A stretch of DNA of 64,000 nucleotides, taken from assembly GCA_965215005.1 (NCBI GenBank), contig CBDCCZ010000014.1, positions 169,311 through 233,310 on the forward strand, given 5' to 3'. This stretch comes from Kofleriaceae bacterium. Its GTDB lineage: Bacteria; Myxococcota_A; Polyangia; Haliangiales; Haliangiaceae. This document shows, in pieces, positions 1 through 9,497 of this stretch (positions are counted from its first letter, which is position 1; every line of letters begins with the position of its first letter). A program made the position numbers and the translations under genes. The notes beneath the pieces were generated by a model that was not told the origin of the DNA, searched no databases, and was given only the letters and a program-made list of their open reading frames with translations.

Positions 1-733
1 AATGCGGCGTTACGCCTTCGACGCCGGTGTGTGTTACCAGCGCCGGCTGCGTCTTATCGTGCACCGCCAACGCCTGCCAGAAGCCTTGTTTCGAAATATG
101 TGCCAAATCAACGAACACGCGGTGGCGATTGAGCCGCGCAATCAGCTCTGCACCATGGGCGCTGAGCCCGCGCTGACGGCTAGCTTGCCACGGCTGCGAC
201 GACTGCCCGACCAGCGAATTGGTCAAGTGCACCAACGTCACCCGGAGGAGTGCAGGGTCGGGTAAAAACGCTCCTTCCGTGGCGGCATCTAGCGCATTGC
301 CACCCTGAATCGCCAACATCACGGCGTGGGCACCGCGGGCACGGGCGGCGCGATACTCGCCAAGAGAGCCCACGACCGAGGTCTTCTCACCGGCCGCCGC
401 CAGCGCTACGCGCAGACGCCCGAAGTTTTTGCGCACCGCTCGCCAGCGTCCCCGCCGCGATCGCGCCGGATTGGTCGTTACCGACCACATCGCTCCACCA
501 AGCCCCGCCGCCTCGATACGCGGCAGGTCCAGATGCCCCGCCAGGCGGCCACGCAGCAGCCCCGGTCCGTGCGCGCGATGGATGTCGTATCCCCAAAGCC
601 GCATCGGAATGAACGTGTCGATGTGCAGATCGAGCGAGTTGCACTGCCGCACCGCCGCCGCCGCCTCGCGCGACACCCCGAGGCGCTGCGCCAGCGCATC
701 GTCGACGGGCGTTTCGCAGTGGTTCTCTGCCAT
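1..733 (-). CDS. Membrane dipeptidase (peptidase M19 family), 3' end runs off the window
   Basis: Not in the ORF track because it has no stop in the window. Manual minus-strand translation from ATG 733: MAENHCETP...SLDLHIDTF...GHLDLPRI...VMLAIQGGNAL...VTLVH...FVDLAHIS...LVTHTG, matching M19 motifs DxHxD, HxDLPR and VDxxH. Confidence 0.85.
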   Translation of the reverse strand, partial: MAENHCETPVDDALAQRLGVSREAAAAVRQCNSLDLHIDTFIPMRLWGYDIHRAHGPGLLRGRLAGHLDLPRIEAAGLGGAMWSVTTNPARSRRGRWRAVRKNFGRLRVALAAAGEKTSVVGSLGEYRAARARGAHAVMLAIQGGNALDAATEGAFLPDPALLRVTLVHLTNSLVGQSSQPWQASRQRGLSAHGAELIARLNRHRVFVDLAHISKQGFWQALAVHDKTQPALVTHTGVEGVTPH

Positions 734-852
734 TGGCACGCCACCATAGCACTCCCCACAGACCCTGCCGAGACGCTTCCCTGCGCAGTCAGGCCAAGAA
801 ACTGACCTCGGTTACCGCGGCGCCGCGATGCCTCGCGGGTATCATCCCGATC

Positions 853-2754
853 GTGTCGATGCCGGCTGAGAAGCTCTCTGGTTTGCGCGCTACGTGGGAG
901 GAGCTCAATCGTCACGCGGTCGAATTGCCGAGCAGCGCCGCACTGTGGCAACAGCTCATCGACCAGCACCACGTGGCTACCGCGCGCGCCGTGGTTCACT
1001 TCTTGGAAGCGACCCACGCGTGCGTGCCTTGGGCAGACACCGGCTGGCATCCGTTCTTCGACCCACTGCTCGCCCGTAGCGACCTTCTGGCTCATCTCGG
1101 CGAGGCCGACGAGCCGGTGCGCTCAGCTCTCGCCCACGGGTTGACGCTCGTCGGCAAGCTCGCCGCCGCCGCGCTGCCCGAGACGCTACTCGAGCGCGTG
1201 GTCGAGGGCTTCGTCGCTAGCGGCGGCTTCGATCGCCGCGAGTTCGCACGGCAGCGCGAGCTGTGGCCGAGTGGGCAGTGGGAACACGCCCTCGCCGCGC
1301 AGCTCGTCGAGCTTGGCCCGATCCACGACGAGCTCGCCGCGGCTCTCGCCCCGCACGCGACTCCGCGACAGCGCGTGCGCATCGCTTTGATGAGTGACGA
1401 CAGCGCGTTGCCGCAGCTGATCGCACTGGCCCGGCAGGCAGCGGCTCCACTGCTGGCCGTAGCCGACGATCTGTTGACTGCGAGCAACCCGCCGATGCGC
1501 CCGTGTCTGCTGCTATGGCTGGCGCTATGTCGCACCGCGCGCCATGCAGAGCGCTACGACGGCTATGACCGGCTGCTGTTGCCAGCGCTCGCCGCCGCGG
1601 GAGCCGAGGAGCCGCCGCTCTTGCGCGAGGCGCTCGGCCACCTCTCTGCCGCGCGTCGCGAGGTCTTACTATTGACCACGCCCCTGCCGTGGACGGTGCT
1701 GGATGCCTGCGCAACTGCCGCCGTGATCAGCCGCGCCGTAGATGTCGCGCTCGAGACACGAGCGCGCAGCGAAGGCACGACCGTGGCCATGCGCCGTGCA
1801 CTGTGCCGACTCGGAGCACCGGCGCTCGCACAGCTGGAAGTGCGCGCCGAGCAAGCGGCGCCAACGGGCGCGCCAGCCTTGGCCGCCGTGGTCGCGGCGC
1901 GTCTGCGCCGACCGCCGCCATCGCAGACAGTGGGGGATGCTTGGAGCCCGTTGCCGGTGACGCTGCGACGCCCCCTCCTCGAGGCCTGGGAGCAGGTCGA
2001 AGAGGATCCGGATGCTGTGCTGCCGCGCGCCGCCGTCGGCGCGGTGCTCGAGGCCCTCGGGCCGCTGCCACGCCTTCTCGACCCTCTCGAAATCGACGCG
2101 GTGGCGGTTCACCGGCCCGAGCTCGCCGCGCTCCTGGCGCAACGCGGCGGCAATCTGGTTGCACCGGCACGCACTCAGCTGGTCGCGCCGCACGAGCGCG
2201 CCGCAGACCGACTCCAGCGTCTCCTGGAGCTCGATGCGCCGCCTATGGTGTGCCTGCGGCAATCGCGGCTCGTGAGCCAGCTGCGCGAGCAACCGTTTAC
2301 GCCCGAGGTGGAGGCGGTTGCGCATCTGCCGTCTGCCGCCGCGCAGTGGCCGGGGCTAACGAGACGCGTCGCACTTGCAACCAGCGTCGTACGCCGCGCG
2401 CTGCCCCTGTGGCAGGCGCGTCTTCCCAGGGACGAACGCTGCGCTGCCGTTCTACAAGAGCTGGCGCATGGCAGCGGAACCTCCGCGGCAGCGGCGTTAG
2501 ACTCGCTTCGCGCCGACCTTGCCAGCGACGCTCTCGATGACAGCCGCACCGACCTCGCGCGCGCCGTACTCGCTCTCTGGCAGCTGGCCACCCACGGATC
2601 CGTCGCCACCGACGAGCCCGTAGAGCTGCTCATCGCGAGCGTTTGGCAACGCGAGGCGAGTTGGGCGGGCAATGAGCCAACAGCGCGAGCACGTGAGTTT
2701 TGGCAATGGTGGCTTTTAGAAGCGGTGCCGGCGGCGTGGCGCTGCGTGGTCTGA
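853..2754 (+). CDS. Large alpha-helical hypothetical protein with a C-terminal Imm5-like (immunity) domain
   Basis: Long ORF. Start GTG 853 or ATG 859, after TATCAT at 840-845. The C-terminal RRALPLWQARLPRDER...REFWQWWLLEAVP resembles Imm5-type proteins. Confidence 0.6.
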   Translation: MSMPAEKLSGLRATWEELNRHAVELPSSAALWQQLIDQHHVATARAVVHFLEATHACVPWADTGWHPFFDPLLARSDLLAHLGEADEPVRSALAHGLTLVGKLAAAALPETLLERVVEGFVASGGFDRREFARQRELWPSGQWEHALAAQLVELGPIHDELAAALAPHATPRQRVRIALMSDDSALPQLIALARQAAAPLLAVADDLLTASNPPMRPCLLLWLALCRTARHAERYDGYDRLLLPALAAAGAEEPPLLREALGHLSAARREVLLLTTPLPWTVLDACATAAVISRAVDVALETRARSEGTTVAMRRALCRLGAPALAQLEVRAEQAAPTGAPALAAVVAARLRRPPPSQTVGDAWSPLPVTLRRPLLEAWEQVEEDPDAVLPRAAVGAVLEALGPLPRLLDPLEIDAVAVHRPELAALLAQRGGNLVAPARTQLVAPHERAADRLQRLLELDAPPMVCLRQSRLVSQLREQPFTPEVEAVAHLPSAAAQWPGLTRRVALATSVVRRALPLWQARLPRDERCAAVLQELAHGSGTSAAAALDSLRADLASDALDDSRTDLARAVLALWQLATHGSVATDEPVELLIASVWQREASWAGNEPTARAREFWQWWLLEAVPAAWRCVV

Positions 2755-2771
2755 GCTGCTCAGCAAGCGGT

Positions 2772-2927
2772 TCAAATGCCGCCAAAGAGGACGTAGAAGA
2801 GCAGCACGGCGGCAAGTGCGAGCACGGCGGTAGGAACGCCCGCGGCATCGCTAGACGGCGGCTGATGCCGCGCATGCAGGACTTTCCAGCTAAACGTAGC
2901 GGCCGCGTAGGACTGTGAGTGCCTCAT
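2772..2927 (-). CDS. Putative 51-aa small protein with a C-terminal transmembrane helix
   Basis: MRHSQSYAAATFSWKVLHARHQPPSSDAAGVPTAVLALAAVLLFYVLFGGI. Fills the gap downstream of the PilZ gene; below the ORF track size cutoff. Confidence 0.4.
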   Translation of the reverse strand: MRHSQSYAAATFSWKVLHARHQPPSSDAAGVPTAVLALAAVLLFYVLFGGI

Positions 2928-2986
2928 GTCTCGTACCAACGCGTGCCGCAGCGCCGCGATCTATCGCGGCCGCGACGGCTCCGCCT

Positions 2987-3400
2987 TCACCGAGCGCCCG
3001 AGGTGAGGCGTTCGCTGTTGCTACTGCGCGCGCGCAGCACCTCCGTGAGCCAGCGACCGTAGCGCTCGCGGGTGGGGCTCGGCGCGCGGTCGAGTAGCAA
3101 CTGCACACCGACGTCTAGCTTGTCACCGGCGCCGGGGCGATACCACGCGATGCGGCCAGGCAGCTCAAACTGCCCCGCATCGACCTCCAGACGCAACACC
3201 ACCTCGGCGCCGGCGGTGAGCATCAACCCCTCGCCACCGACGATTCCCATCCCGGCACCGTCTCGCGATAGCGAGCACAGGTTGACCGGCAAGGTGACGT
3301 TCTTCGCCGGCACCTCGATGTCGGCGCTGGCGATGCGCACGTCCATCTCGGCGGGGCGTTCGTACGGAATACGTGGCGATTCTCGGTCCTCTTGATCCAT
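2987..3400 (-). CDS. PilZ domain protein
   Basis: RESPR (RxxxR) motif, SLSRDG in the D/NxSxxG position, then GRIAWYR...VGVQL. Confidence 0.8.
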   Translation of the reverse strand: MDQEDRESPRIPYERPAEMDVRIASADIEVPAKNVTLPVNLCSLSRDGAGMGIVGGEGLMLTAGAEVVLRLEVDAGQFELPGRIAWYRPGAGDKLDVGVQLLLDRAPSPTRERYGRWLTEVLRARSSNSERLTSGAR

Positions 3401-3547
3401 TCGTCCTCAATCAACAGCGCACCTGCGCCAAGCCCCATGGTAGTACGCCCAGCCGGCGGTACCACGCGCTTGTAACACGTGGCATAGCTCACAAATCCGC
3501 TGCGAGCGAACCCGGTGCGCGCCCCGCACCCATGTATGCTCCTGCCC

Positions 3548-4207
3548 GTGGCCCTCTACGTCGCAATCTTGTCGCTGCTACTCCTCGCGGTCGGCCCGCT
3601 GGTCGCGTTTCTCGAGCTCGTGCCCCCGGTCATTGGTCTGGCGCTCTTTGCCGCGGGCTCGCTGGCGGGGCTGGTCGCGCTCGTCGCCGGGCTCGTGGCA
3701 GTGGTCCGCGGGCGCCGCCGCTACGGGCTCGTCGCTGCCGCCGTGGGAGCACCGGCGCTACTCATCGGGGTGGCGTTTGTCGCCAGCGGCGCGCGCCATC
3801 CGCGCCTCAACGACGTCACCAGCGACGTGAGTGATCCCCCTGAGCTTGCCACCCAGGAGCCATATCCCAGCGATTTTGCGCCCGTCGCCAGCGCCGCGTA
3901 CGGCGACGTGCAGACCCTTACGCTAGCGATGCCGGCGGAGACGGCGTTCGCGCGAGCGGTCTCGGTGGCCCGCAAGCAGCCCGGCTGGACCGTGGAGCGT
4001 GTCGACGACGATGCGCATCGGCTGTGGGGCGTGGCGGTGAGCCCGCTGTTCAAGTTTCGCGATGATTTCGTGATTCGCGTGCGAGCCGCCGCAGACGGCA
4101 CCGCGCTCGTCGATATGCGCTCGCGCTCGCGCGCCGGCAAGAGCGACTTTGGCGCCAACGCAGCGCGCATTCGGCAGTTCTTTGCCGCGCTCGCCAGCGG
4201 GACCTGA
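3548..4207 (+). CDS. DUF1499 domain membrane protein
   Basis: Three N-terminal TM helices, then PRLNDVTSD, SPLFKFRDDFVIRV and VDMRSRSRAGKSDFGANAARI. Start GTG 3548 or ATG 3536. Confidence 0.85.
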   Translation: MALYVAILSLLLLAVGPLVAFLELVPPVIGLALFAAGSLAGLVALVAGLVAVVRGRRRYGLVAAAVGAPALLIGVAFVASGARHPRLNDVTSDVSDPPELATQEPYPSDFAPVASAAYGDVQTLTLAMPAETAFARAVSVARKQPGWTVERVDDDAHRLWGVAVSPLFKFRDDFVIRVRAAADGTALVDMRSRSRAGKSDFGANAARIRQFFAALASGT

Positions 4208-4215
4208 AAGCGCAG

Positions 4216-4803
4216 CTACCGCGGGTTCTTGGAGAAGTGATGATAGTCGCGGGTGTCGAGCCAGTCGCCGCCCCACGACCAGCCGATCGCGTCAAAGGCG
4301 TTGGTCACCGGTCCGGGACGAACGATCATGCCCGGGCGGCCGTGGGTGCGATCGAGATACGCTCGTCCGGCTGCGGGCTCGACGCGGTGCTCACGGACCC
4401 ACGGGTTCTGCACTGGGTTGAGATCCACCGCCAAACCGCCGGCATGTTGCGACAGCCGCCGAGTGCCTGCGATGAGCCGAAAGTTGAACGCCGAGCTGTT
4501 GTTGGCCGCCATCGACAGCTCGTCATCGCCGCCAAACGCATCGATGGGCTGCACCGACTCGAGCGGAAAGCCGGCGACGTGGAGCCGGTCAAACACCCAC
4601 GCTAGCTCGTCTGCGACCGAAGCGTGCACGATGAGACAGCCGCGACGCGCGCGCCCGGCAAAGTCCCAGTGCGTGACATGCAGGACTCGCAGCTCGGCAA
4701 ACGCGGGGCACTGCGGGTGCTCGTGCCACGACCGCGAGCGCATGGCCGCTGCCCGTGCCGCGTCGAGATGCTCGATCGAAGCGGGAGCCGCCGCGACGCT
4801 CAC
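4216..4803 (-). CDS. Peptidase M15 family (D,D-carboxypeptidase-like) metallopeptidase
   Basis: [10 protein letters not shown] (SxHxxGxAxD), WGGDW and DYHHF motifs. Overlaps the GST stop codon. Confidence 0.85.
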   Translation of the reverse strand: MSVAAAPASIEHLDAARAAAMRSRSWHEHPQCPAFAELRVLHVTHWDFAGRARRGCLIVHASVADELAWVFDRLHVAGFPLESVQPIDAFGGDDELSMAANNSSAFNFRLIAGTRRLSQHAGGLAVDLNPVQNPWVREHRVEPAAGRAYLDRTHGRPGMIVRPGPVTNAFDAIGWSWGGDWLDTRDYHHFSKNPR

Positions 4804-5462
4804 ACGAGCATTCCCTGACCCATCTTCTTGATGCGCTCGACGTCATCGGTATCGCGAAGCGGCACCGCGCGCCCACGCTGCACCGCCGGGCGCGCCGCTA
4901 CCTCGGCAAGCCAGCGCTGCAGGTGTTGCAGACCCTCGATCGACACGCCCGACCACGCATGCGTGTGCACCCAAGACCACGTGGCGATGTCGGCGATCGA
5001 GTAATCACCCGCCAAGAACGCCGCCGTTGCCAGCTGGCCATCGAGCACCTCGAACAGGCGCCGCGATTCGCGCTGATACCGATCGATGGCGTAGGGGATC
5101 TGCTCGGGCGCGTACCGATAGAAGATGTTGGCCTGGCCCATCATCGGGCCGATGCCGCTCATTTGAAACATGAGCCACTGGACCACCCGCGAGCGCTCCT
5201 TGCGCGCCGTCGGCAGCAGGCGCCCAGCCTTCTCCGCCAGGTACATGAGAATCGCGCCGGATTCGAAGACCGCGAAGTCGTCTTCGTCGCGGTCTACGAT
5301 CGCCGGAATGCGGCCGTTGGGATTGATGAGCAAAAATGCCGGCTGCTTTTGCTCCTGTTCGCCAAGACTGAGCGCGTGGAGCTGATAGGGCAGCCCCAGC
5401 TCTTCCAGAGCAATCGAAACCTTCCAGCCGTTGGGAGTGGGTGCCGTGTAGAGCTCGATCAA
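4800..5462 (-). CDS. Glutathione S-transferase (YfcG/YghU-like)
   Basis: [28 protein letters not shown] and YSIADIA motifs. Confidence 0.92.
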   Translation of the reverse strand: MIELYTAPTPNGWKVSIALEELGLPYQLHALSLGEQEQKQPAFLLINPNGRIPAIVDRDEDDFAVFESGAILMYLAEKAGRLLPTARKERSRVVQWLMFQMSGIGPMMGQANIFYRYAPEQIPYAIDRYQRESRRLFEVLDGQLATAAFLAGDYSIADIATWSWVHTHAWSGVSIEGLQHLQRWLAEVAARPAVQRGRAVPLRDTDDVERIKKMGQGMLV

Positions 5463-5563
5463 GGGTTCCTTTCGCGGTCACACCACCGCTGGCGCCTGAG
5501 TGCTTTACGAACGCTACTCGGCGACCGCGTTCAGAGCCGCCGTTGAGCGCGCAATTGGGAAGG

Positions 5564-6580
5564 TTATGGCGTGGCGGACTCGTCCTCAAGGCGGGTCGAA
5601 AGCCACGCGTGCACGCGCGGCGCGGTCTGCTCGAGATAATCACCGCCAAGCCGCGGCGGCACCTCAGAAAGCACGTGTGCCGCCATTTCCACATCGCCCT
5701 GGCGCTCGAACACCCACGCTAGCAGGGCCAAGGTGAGGCCAAACCGGTTGGTGCGCAGCGCCGCCTTGGACCACTCGTAGAGCTCTTCGATCATCGGCAG
5801 GCGCTCGGTGGAGTCCGAATAGAACGCGATGAGCAAGTCGGTGAGGATGCGTTCCATGAAGAAGTAATCTCCCGAGGGCGCCTCATCCAGGCGCGGGCGA
5901 GCCGCCAGCGTTTCCTCGAGTTGCCCCATCACCGCCCACAGCTGAGCGCGGTCGAACGCGCAGATCCAGTACATGCCTTCGCGTTCGAAGTGTTTGCTCG
6001 TCTCCTGCGCGGCAATCGCGCGAGCGTAGCGCTCTTGCGCCGCTTCGAAGCGCCCGTCTTGCCAGAGCAGCTTGCCCATCAAGTAGTCGATGGTGGGCTG
6101 GTAATGCGCCGGTGGTCGCTTGCTCTCGAGCGCCTCGACCACCGCCCGCGCCTCATCGCGACGACCCGCCGAGGCCAGCGCCAAGGCACGCTTGATGGTC
6201 GGCCCGAAGCGGGCCTGCCAAGCGGTCGCACCGGTGAAGCCCAGCGCTGCCACCACGCCCACCGCCACCGAGCTCACGATCATTCCCGCGGCGGCGCCAC
6301 CTAAGACGCCCATTCCGACGACGCTCCCCCAGCTCTTGAGCGTCGCCCAGCGCTGCGCCTTCGGCCCCAGCACCTCACCGCGACTCGACAACATCATGAC
6401 CTCGCCAGCTCGCATGTCCTCGAGCGAGGCGGCGAGCTTCCAGCGCGGTGCATCCGCGGGCATCAGCGCGGACTGTGGAACCTTGGAGTGAGGCAACGGT
6501 CGATCTTCCGTGGTATCGCGGGGCGCACGAGCCAATCCCCCAGCTCGGCGCAGACCATCATCGCCACGCTTGGCCTCCAA
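5564..6580 (-). CDS. Membrane-anchored TPR-like hypothetical protein
   Basis: Two hydrophobic helices followed by TPR-like helices (YLMGKLLWQDGRFEAAQERY). Start uncertain, possibly 6463. Confidence 0.6.
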   Translation of the reverse strand: MEAKRGDDGLRRAGGLARAPRDTTEDRPLPHSKVPQSALMPADAPRWKLAASLEDMRAGEVMMLSSRGEVLGPKAQRWATLKSWGSVVGMGVLGGAAAGMIVSSVAVGVVAALGFTGATAWQARFGPTIKRALALASAGRRDEARAVVEALESKRPPAHYQPTIDYLMGKLLWQDGRFEAAQERYARAIAAQETSKHFEREGMYWICAFDRAQLWAVMGQLEETLAARPRLDEAPSGDYFFMERILTDLLIAFYSDSTERLPMIEELYEWSKAALRTNRFGLTLALLAWVFERQGDVEMAAHVLSEVPPRLGGDYLEQTAPRVHAWLSTRLEDESATP

Positions 6581-6656
6581 TGGAGCACCTGGCGGCTAAC
6601 CAGCGCTAACTCCATGCGAGCGCGCTCGCTAGCACGAGACCTTTCTCGCGTCGCGG

Positions 6657-7070
6657 CTACATCCATCGGCGATGATCCGCGAGCGTGCAGCGATCTTGGA
6701 TCACCTCGATTCCCGCCTCGGTGAGTGCCGCCGCGACCGCCTCATGGCGGATGCCGAGCTGCAGCCACACCACTTTCGGCAGCGGGTCCATGGCGAGAAG
6801 CTCCTCCAGATGCGAGGGCAGAGCGGATGCCGCGCGAAACACATCGACCATGTCGACCGGCTCGTCGAGCTCGGTGAGCGAAGCCCGCACCGGCTGCCCC
6901 CATAGCTCGTTGCCGACGAGCGTGGGGTTGACCGGCAGCACCCGATAGCCTTGCTCGTGCAAGTACGCCGGCACGTAACACGCCGGCCGCTGCGGATCGG
7001 AATGCGCACCGAGCACGGCGATGACCTTGCTGGAGCCGAGGATGCGGACGATGTCGCTGCGCTCTGACAT
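6657..7070 (-). CDS. CoA-binding protein (YccU-like)
   Basis: IAVLGA, PVNP, VDMVDVFR, VWLQLGI and DRC motifs. Confidence 0.9.
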   Translation of the reverse strand: MSERSDIVRILGSSKVIAVLGAHSDPQRPACYVPAYLHEQGYRVLPVNPTLVGNELWGQPVRASLTELDEPVDMVDVFRAASALPSHLEELLAMDPLPKVVWLQLGIRHEAVAAALTEAGIEVIQDRCTLADHRRWM

Positions 7071-7127
7071 CCCGGCAATGTAGCGCGCTCAAGCCGCTGC
7101 TGCCGTCTCCTCGTGTAAGCTGCCGCG

Positions 7128-9392
7128 ATGGTCGAGAGCGACTCGTCTGAGCGCACCATCGGTCTCGTCGGCGCTACCGCGGTCGGCGTGGGCGCCATCG
7201 TCGGCGGCGGAATTTTGGCGTTGGCCGGCGTTGCGTACGCCAGCAGCGGCCCCAGTGCGATCATCGCGTTCGCTCTCAACGGCGCGGTTGCCTTCATCAC
7301 CGCGATGAGCTTTGCCGAGGTCTCGAGCGCGTTTCCAGAGTCCGGCGGCCCCTACACCTTCGCCAAGAAAGTGTTGTCGGTGCGCTCGGCGTTTGCCGTG
7401 GGCTGGGTGCTGTGGTTTGCCTACATCGTCGCGGGGGTGCTCTACGCGCTCGGCTTCGCTTCCTTTGCGGTGTTGGCCGCCAAAAGTATCTGGATTGGGT
7501 TTGGCGCTGAGGTGCCGCTGTGGCTAACCAGCCGCCGCATGCTGCTGCTGCTGGCCTCTGGCGCGACTGCGACGTACGCGCTGGCGCTGATTCGCAAATC
7601 CACCGGCGGAGGCCAGTGGGAAACTGCCGGCAAGGTGGTGGTGTTTGCGATCCTCATCGCGGTCGGCCTGTTTGCGCTCGCGCGCCAACCCATCGAGCAG
7701 ACCCGCGCCGCGCTCGACCCGTTTATGCCTGGCGGCGCTGCGGGCGTGTTCTCTGCCATGGGGTTCACCTTTATTGCGCTGCAGGGGTTTGATTTGGTGA
7801 GCGCAGTGGCCGGCGAGGTCAAGCGACCCGCGCGCAACATTCCGCGCGCGATGTTCGTGTCGCTGTCGATCGCCATGGTCATCTACCTGCCGCTGCTGTT
7901 CATCGTCGCAACCGTAGGCGTCGCGCCCGGCGAGCGGATCGCGGCGCTGGCGCGCGCCGAGCCCGAGGCGGTCATCGCCATCGCAGCGCGCCGCTACATG
8001 GGCGACATCGGCTATTGGCTGGTGATCATCGCGGCCCTCTTATCAATGCTCTCGGCGCTGCAAGCCAATATTCTGGCTGCCTCGCGTGTGGCGCTGTCGA
8101 TGGCGCGCGATCGCACCCTGCCGATCGTGCTCTCACGCCTCCACCCGCAGCGCGGCACCCCGGTCATGGCGGTCTATGCCACCGGCCTCACGCTCGTGGC
8201 CATCGTCTTCATGATTCCCGATCTCGCTGCCGCCGGTGCCGCGGCCAGCTTGATTTTCCTAATCTCGTTTGCCCTCACGCACGTCAATACATACCTGGCG
8301 CGCGTCCGCGGCGGCATCGGCGCCGATGCCTACCACAGCCCTTGGTTTCCGCTGGTGCCGGTCGTCGGTGGACTGGCCTGCGCGGCGCTGGCGGTGTTTC
8401 AGGCGGTGGTGGTGCCGGATGCGGCCGGAATCGTGGTCATGTGGGTCGGCTTCGGCGTCATTTTATACTTCGCATTGTTTGCTCGCGCCGCGCGCACCAC
8501 CGACGCTGCCGCCGAAGCGTTCGATCCCACGTTGGTGCGGCTGCGGGGACACAACCCACTGGTGCTCGTGCCCTTGGCCAATCCCGCGCGGGCCCAGGGA
8601 ACGGTGCAGGTCGCCCATGCACTGGCGCCCCCGAGCGTGGGGCGGGTGCTGGTGCTGGCGATCGTGCGTGCCCGCGATGCCGAGGAGGCCGTCGCCCAGC
8701 TGCCGGTTGCGCAGGACGTGGTGCGTGCAGCGCTCGCCAGCTCCTACGCCGGCGGCGGGCAACCCGAAGCCCTCATCACCGCCTCCGCCGAGCCGCTCGA
8801 GGAAATCGCCCGCGTTGCCGACGAGCACGGCTGTGAATCGGTGCTACTCGGCCTCTCTGACGTCGCCGCCGAGGCCAGCGACCGCGAGCTCGAGGAGCTC
8901 ATCAATGATCTCGGCCGCGACGTCGCGATCATGCGCGCGCCGCAGGGCTGGAATCTCGATGAGGCCAAGCGTATCTTGGTGCCTATCGGCGGGCGTGGCG
9001 GCCAAGATGAGCTGCGCGCGCGGTTTCTCGGCAGCCTGTGCCGCACCTCCCCCCGCGACGTGACGTTTCTGCGCATCGTCGCCGACGACGCCACGGAAGA
9101 AACCGTGATCGCGGCCCAGCGCGTCGCCGAGCGAATCGGCCAGCGTCAGCTCGCCGGCGCTACCGTGGTGGTGGTGCGCGCCGCCGATCCCGCCGAGGCC
9201 ATCTTGCGCGCTGCCGAGGACGCGGACCTGGTGATCTTGGGACTGGCGCAGACCGGCATGCGTCGCTTCGGTCTCGGGGAACTATCGGTGCCGATCTCGT
9301 GGGAAGCACCTAGAACCGTGTTTGGCGCCTTGCCGCTGGCGGTGGCGCGCCGCGCCCGCTGCGCCACCGTGCTGCTCGGCAGTCGCCTATAA
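7128..9392 (+). CDS. APC-family amino acid permease fused to two universal stress protein (USP) domains
   Basis: About 12 TM segments with IVGGGI, PESGG and AGEVKRPARNIPRA. The C-terminal LVPLANP and RILVPIGG segments are USP-like. Confidence 0.9.
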   Translation: MVESDSSERTIGLVGATAVGVGAIVGGGILALAGVAYASSGPSAIIAFALNGAVAFITAMSFAEVSSAFPESGGPYTFAKKVLSVRSAFAVGWVLWFAYIVAGVLYALGFASFAVLAAKSIWIGFGAEVPLWLTSRRMLLLLASGATATYALALIRKSTGGGQWETAGKVVVFAILIAVGLFALARQPIEQTRAALDPFMPGGAAGVFSAMGFTFIALQGFDLVSAVAGEVKRPARNIPRAMFVSLSIAMVIYLPLLFIVATVGVAPGERIAALARAEPEAVIAIAARRYMGDIGYWLVIIAALLSMLSALQANILAASRVALSMARDRTLPIVLSRLHPQRGTPVMAVYATGLTLVAIVFMIPDLAAAGAAASLIFLISFALTHVNTYLARVRGGIGADAYHSPWFPLVPVVGGLACAALAVFQAVVVPDAAGIVVMWVGFGVILYFALFARAARTTDAAAEAFDPTLVRLRGHNPLVLVPLANPARAQGTVQVAHALAPPSVGRVLVLAIVRARDAEEAVAQLPVAQDVVRAALASSYAGGGQPEALITASAEPLEEIARVADEHGCESVLLGLSDVAAEASDRELEELINDLGRDVAIMRAPQGWNLDEAKRILVPIGGRGGQDELRARFLGSLCRTSPRDVTFLRIVADDATEETVIAAQRVAERIGQRQLAGATVVVVRAADPAEAILRAAEDADLVILGLAQTGMRRFGLGELSVPISWEAPRTVFGALPLAVARRARCATVLLGSRL

Positions 9393-9497
9393 TCGCACGG
9401 GTCGCACGCGCGACGAATTGGCGACCGACCCCGCAGGTCGACCGCGAAGTCTGATACGTTTCGCGCGCGACAGAATCTCATTCCGAAGAGGCTGCAT

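Noticed and set aside
2..805. Plus-strand ORFs 2-265, 250-612 and 326-805
   Set aside because: Antisense shadows of the M19 dipeptidase on the minus strand.
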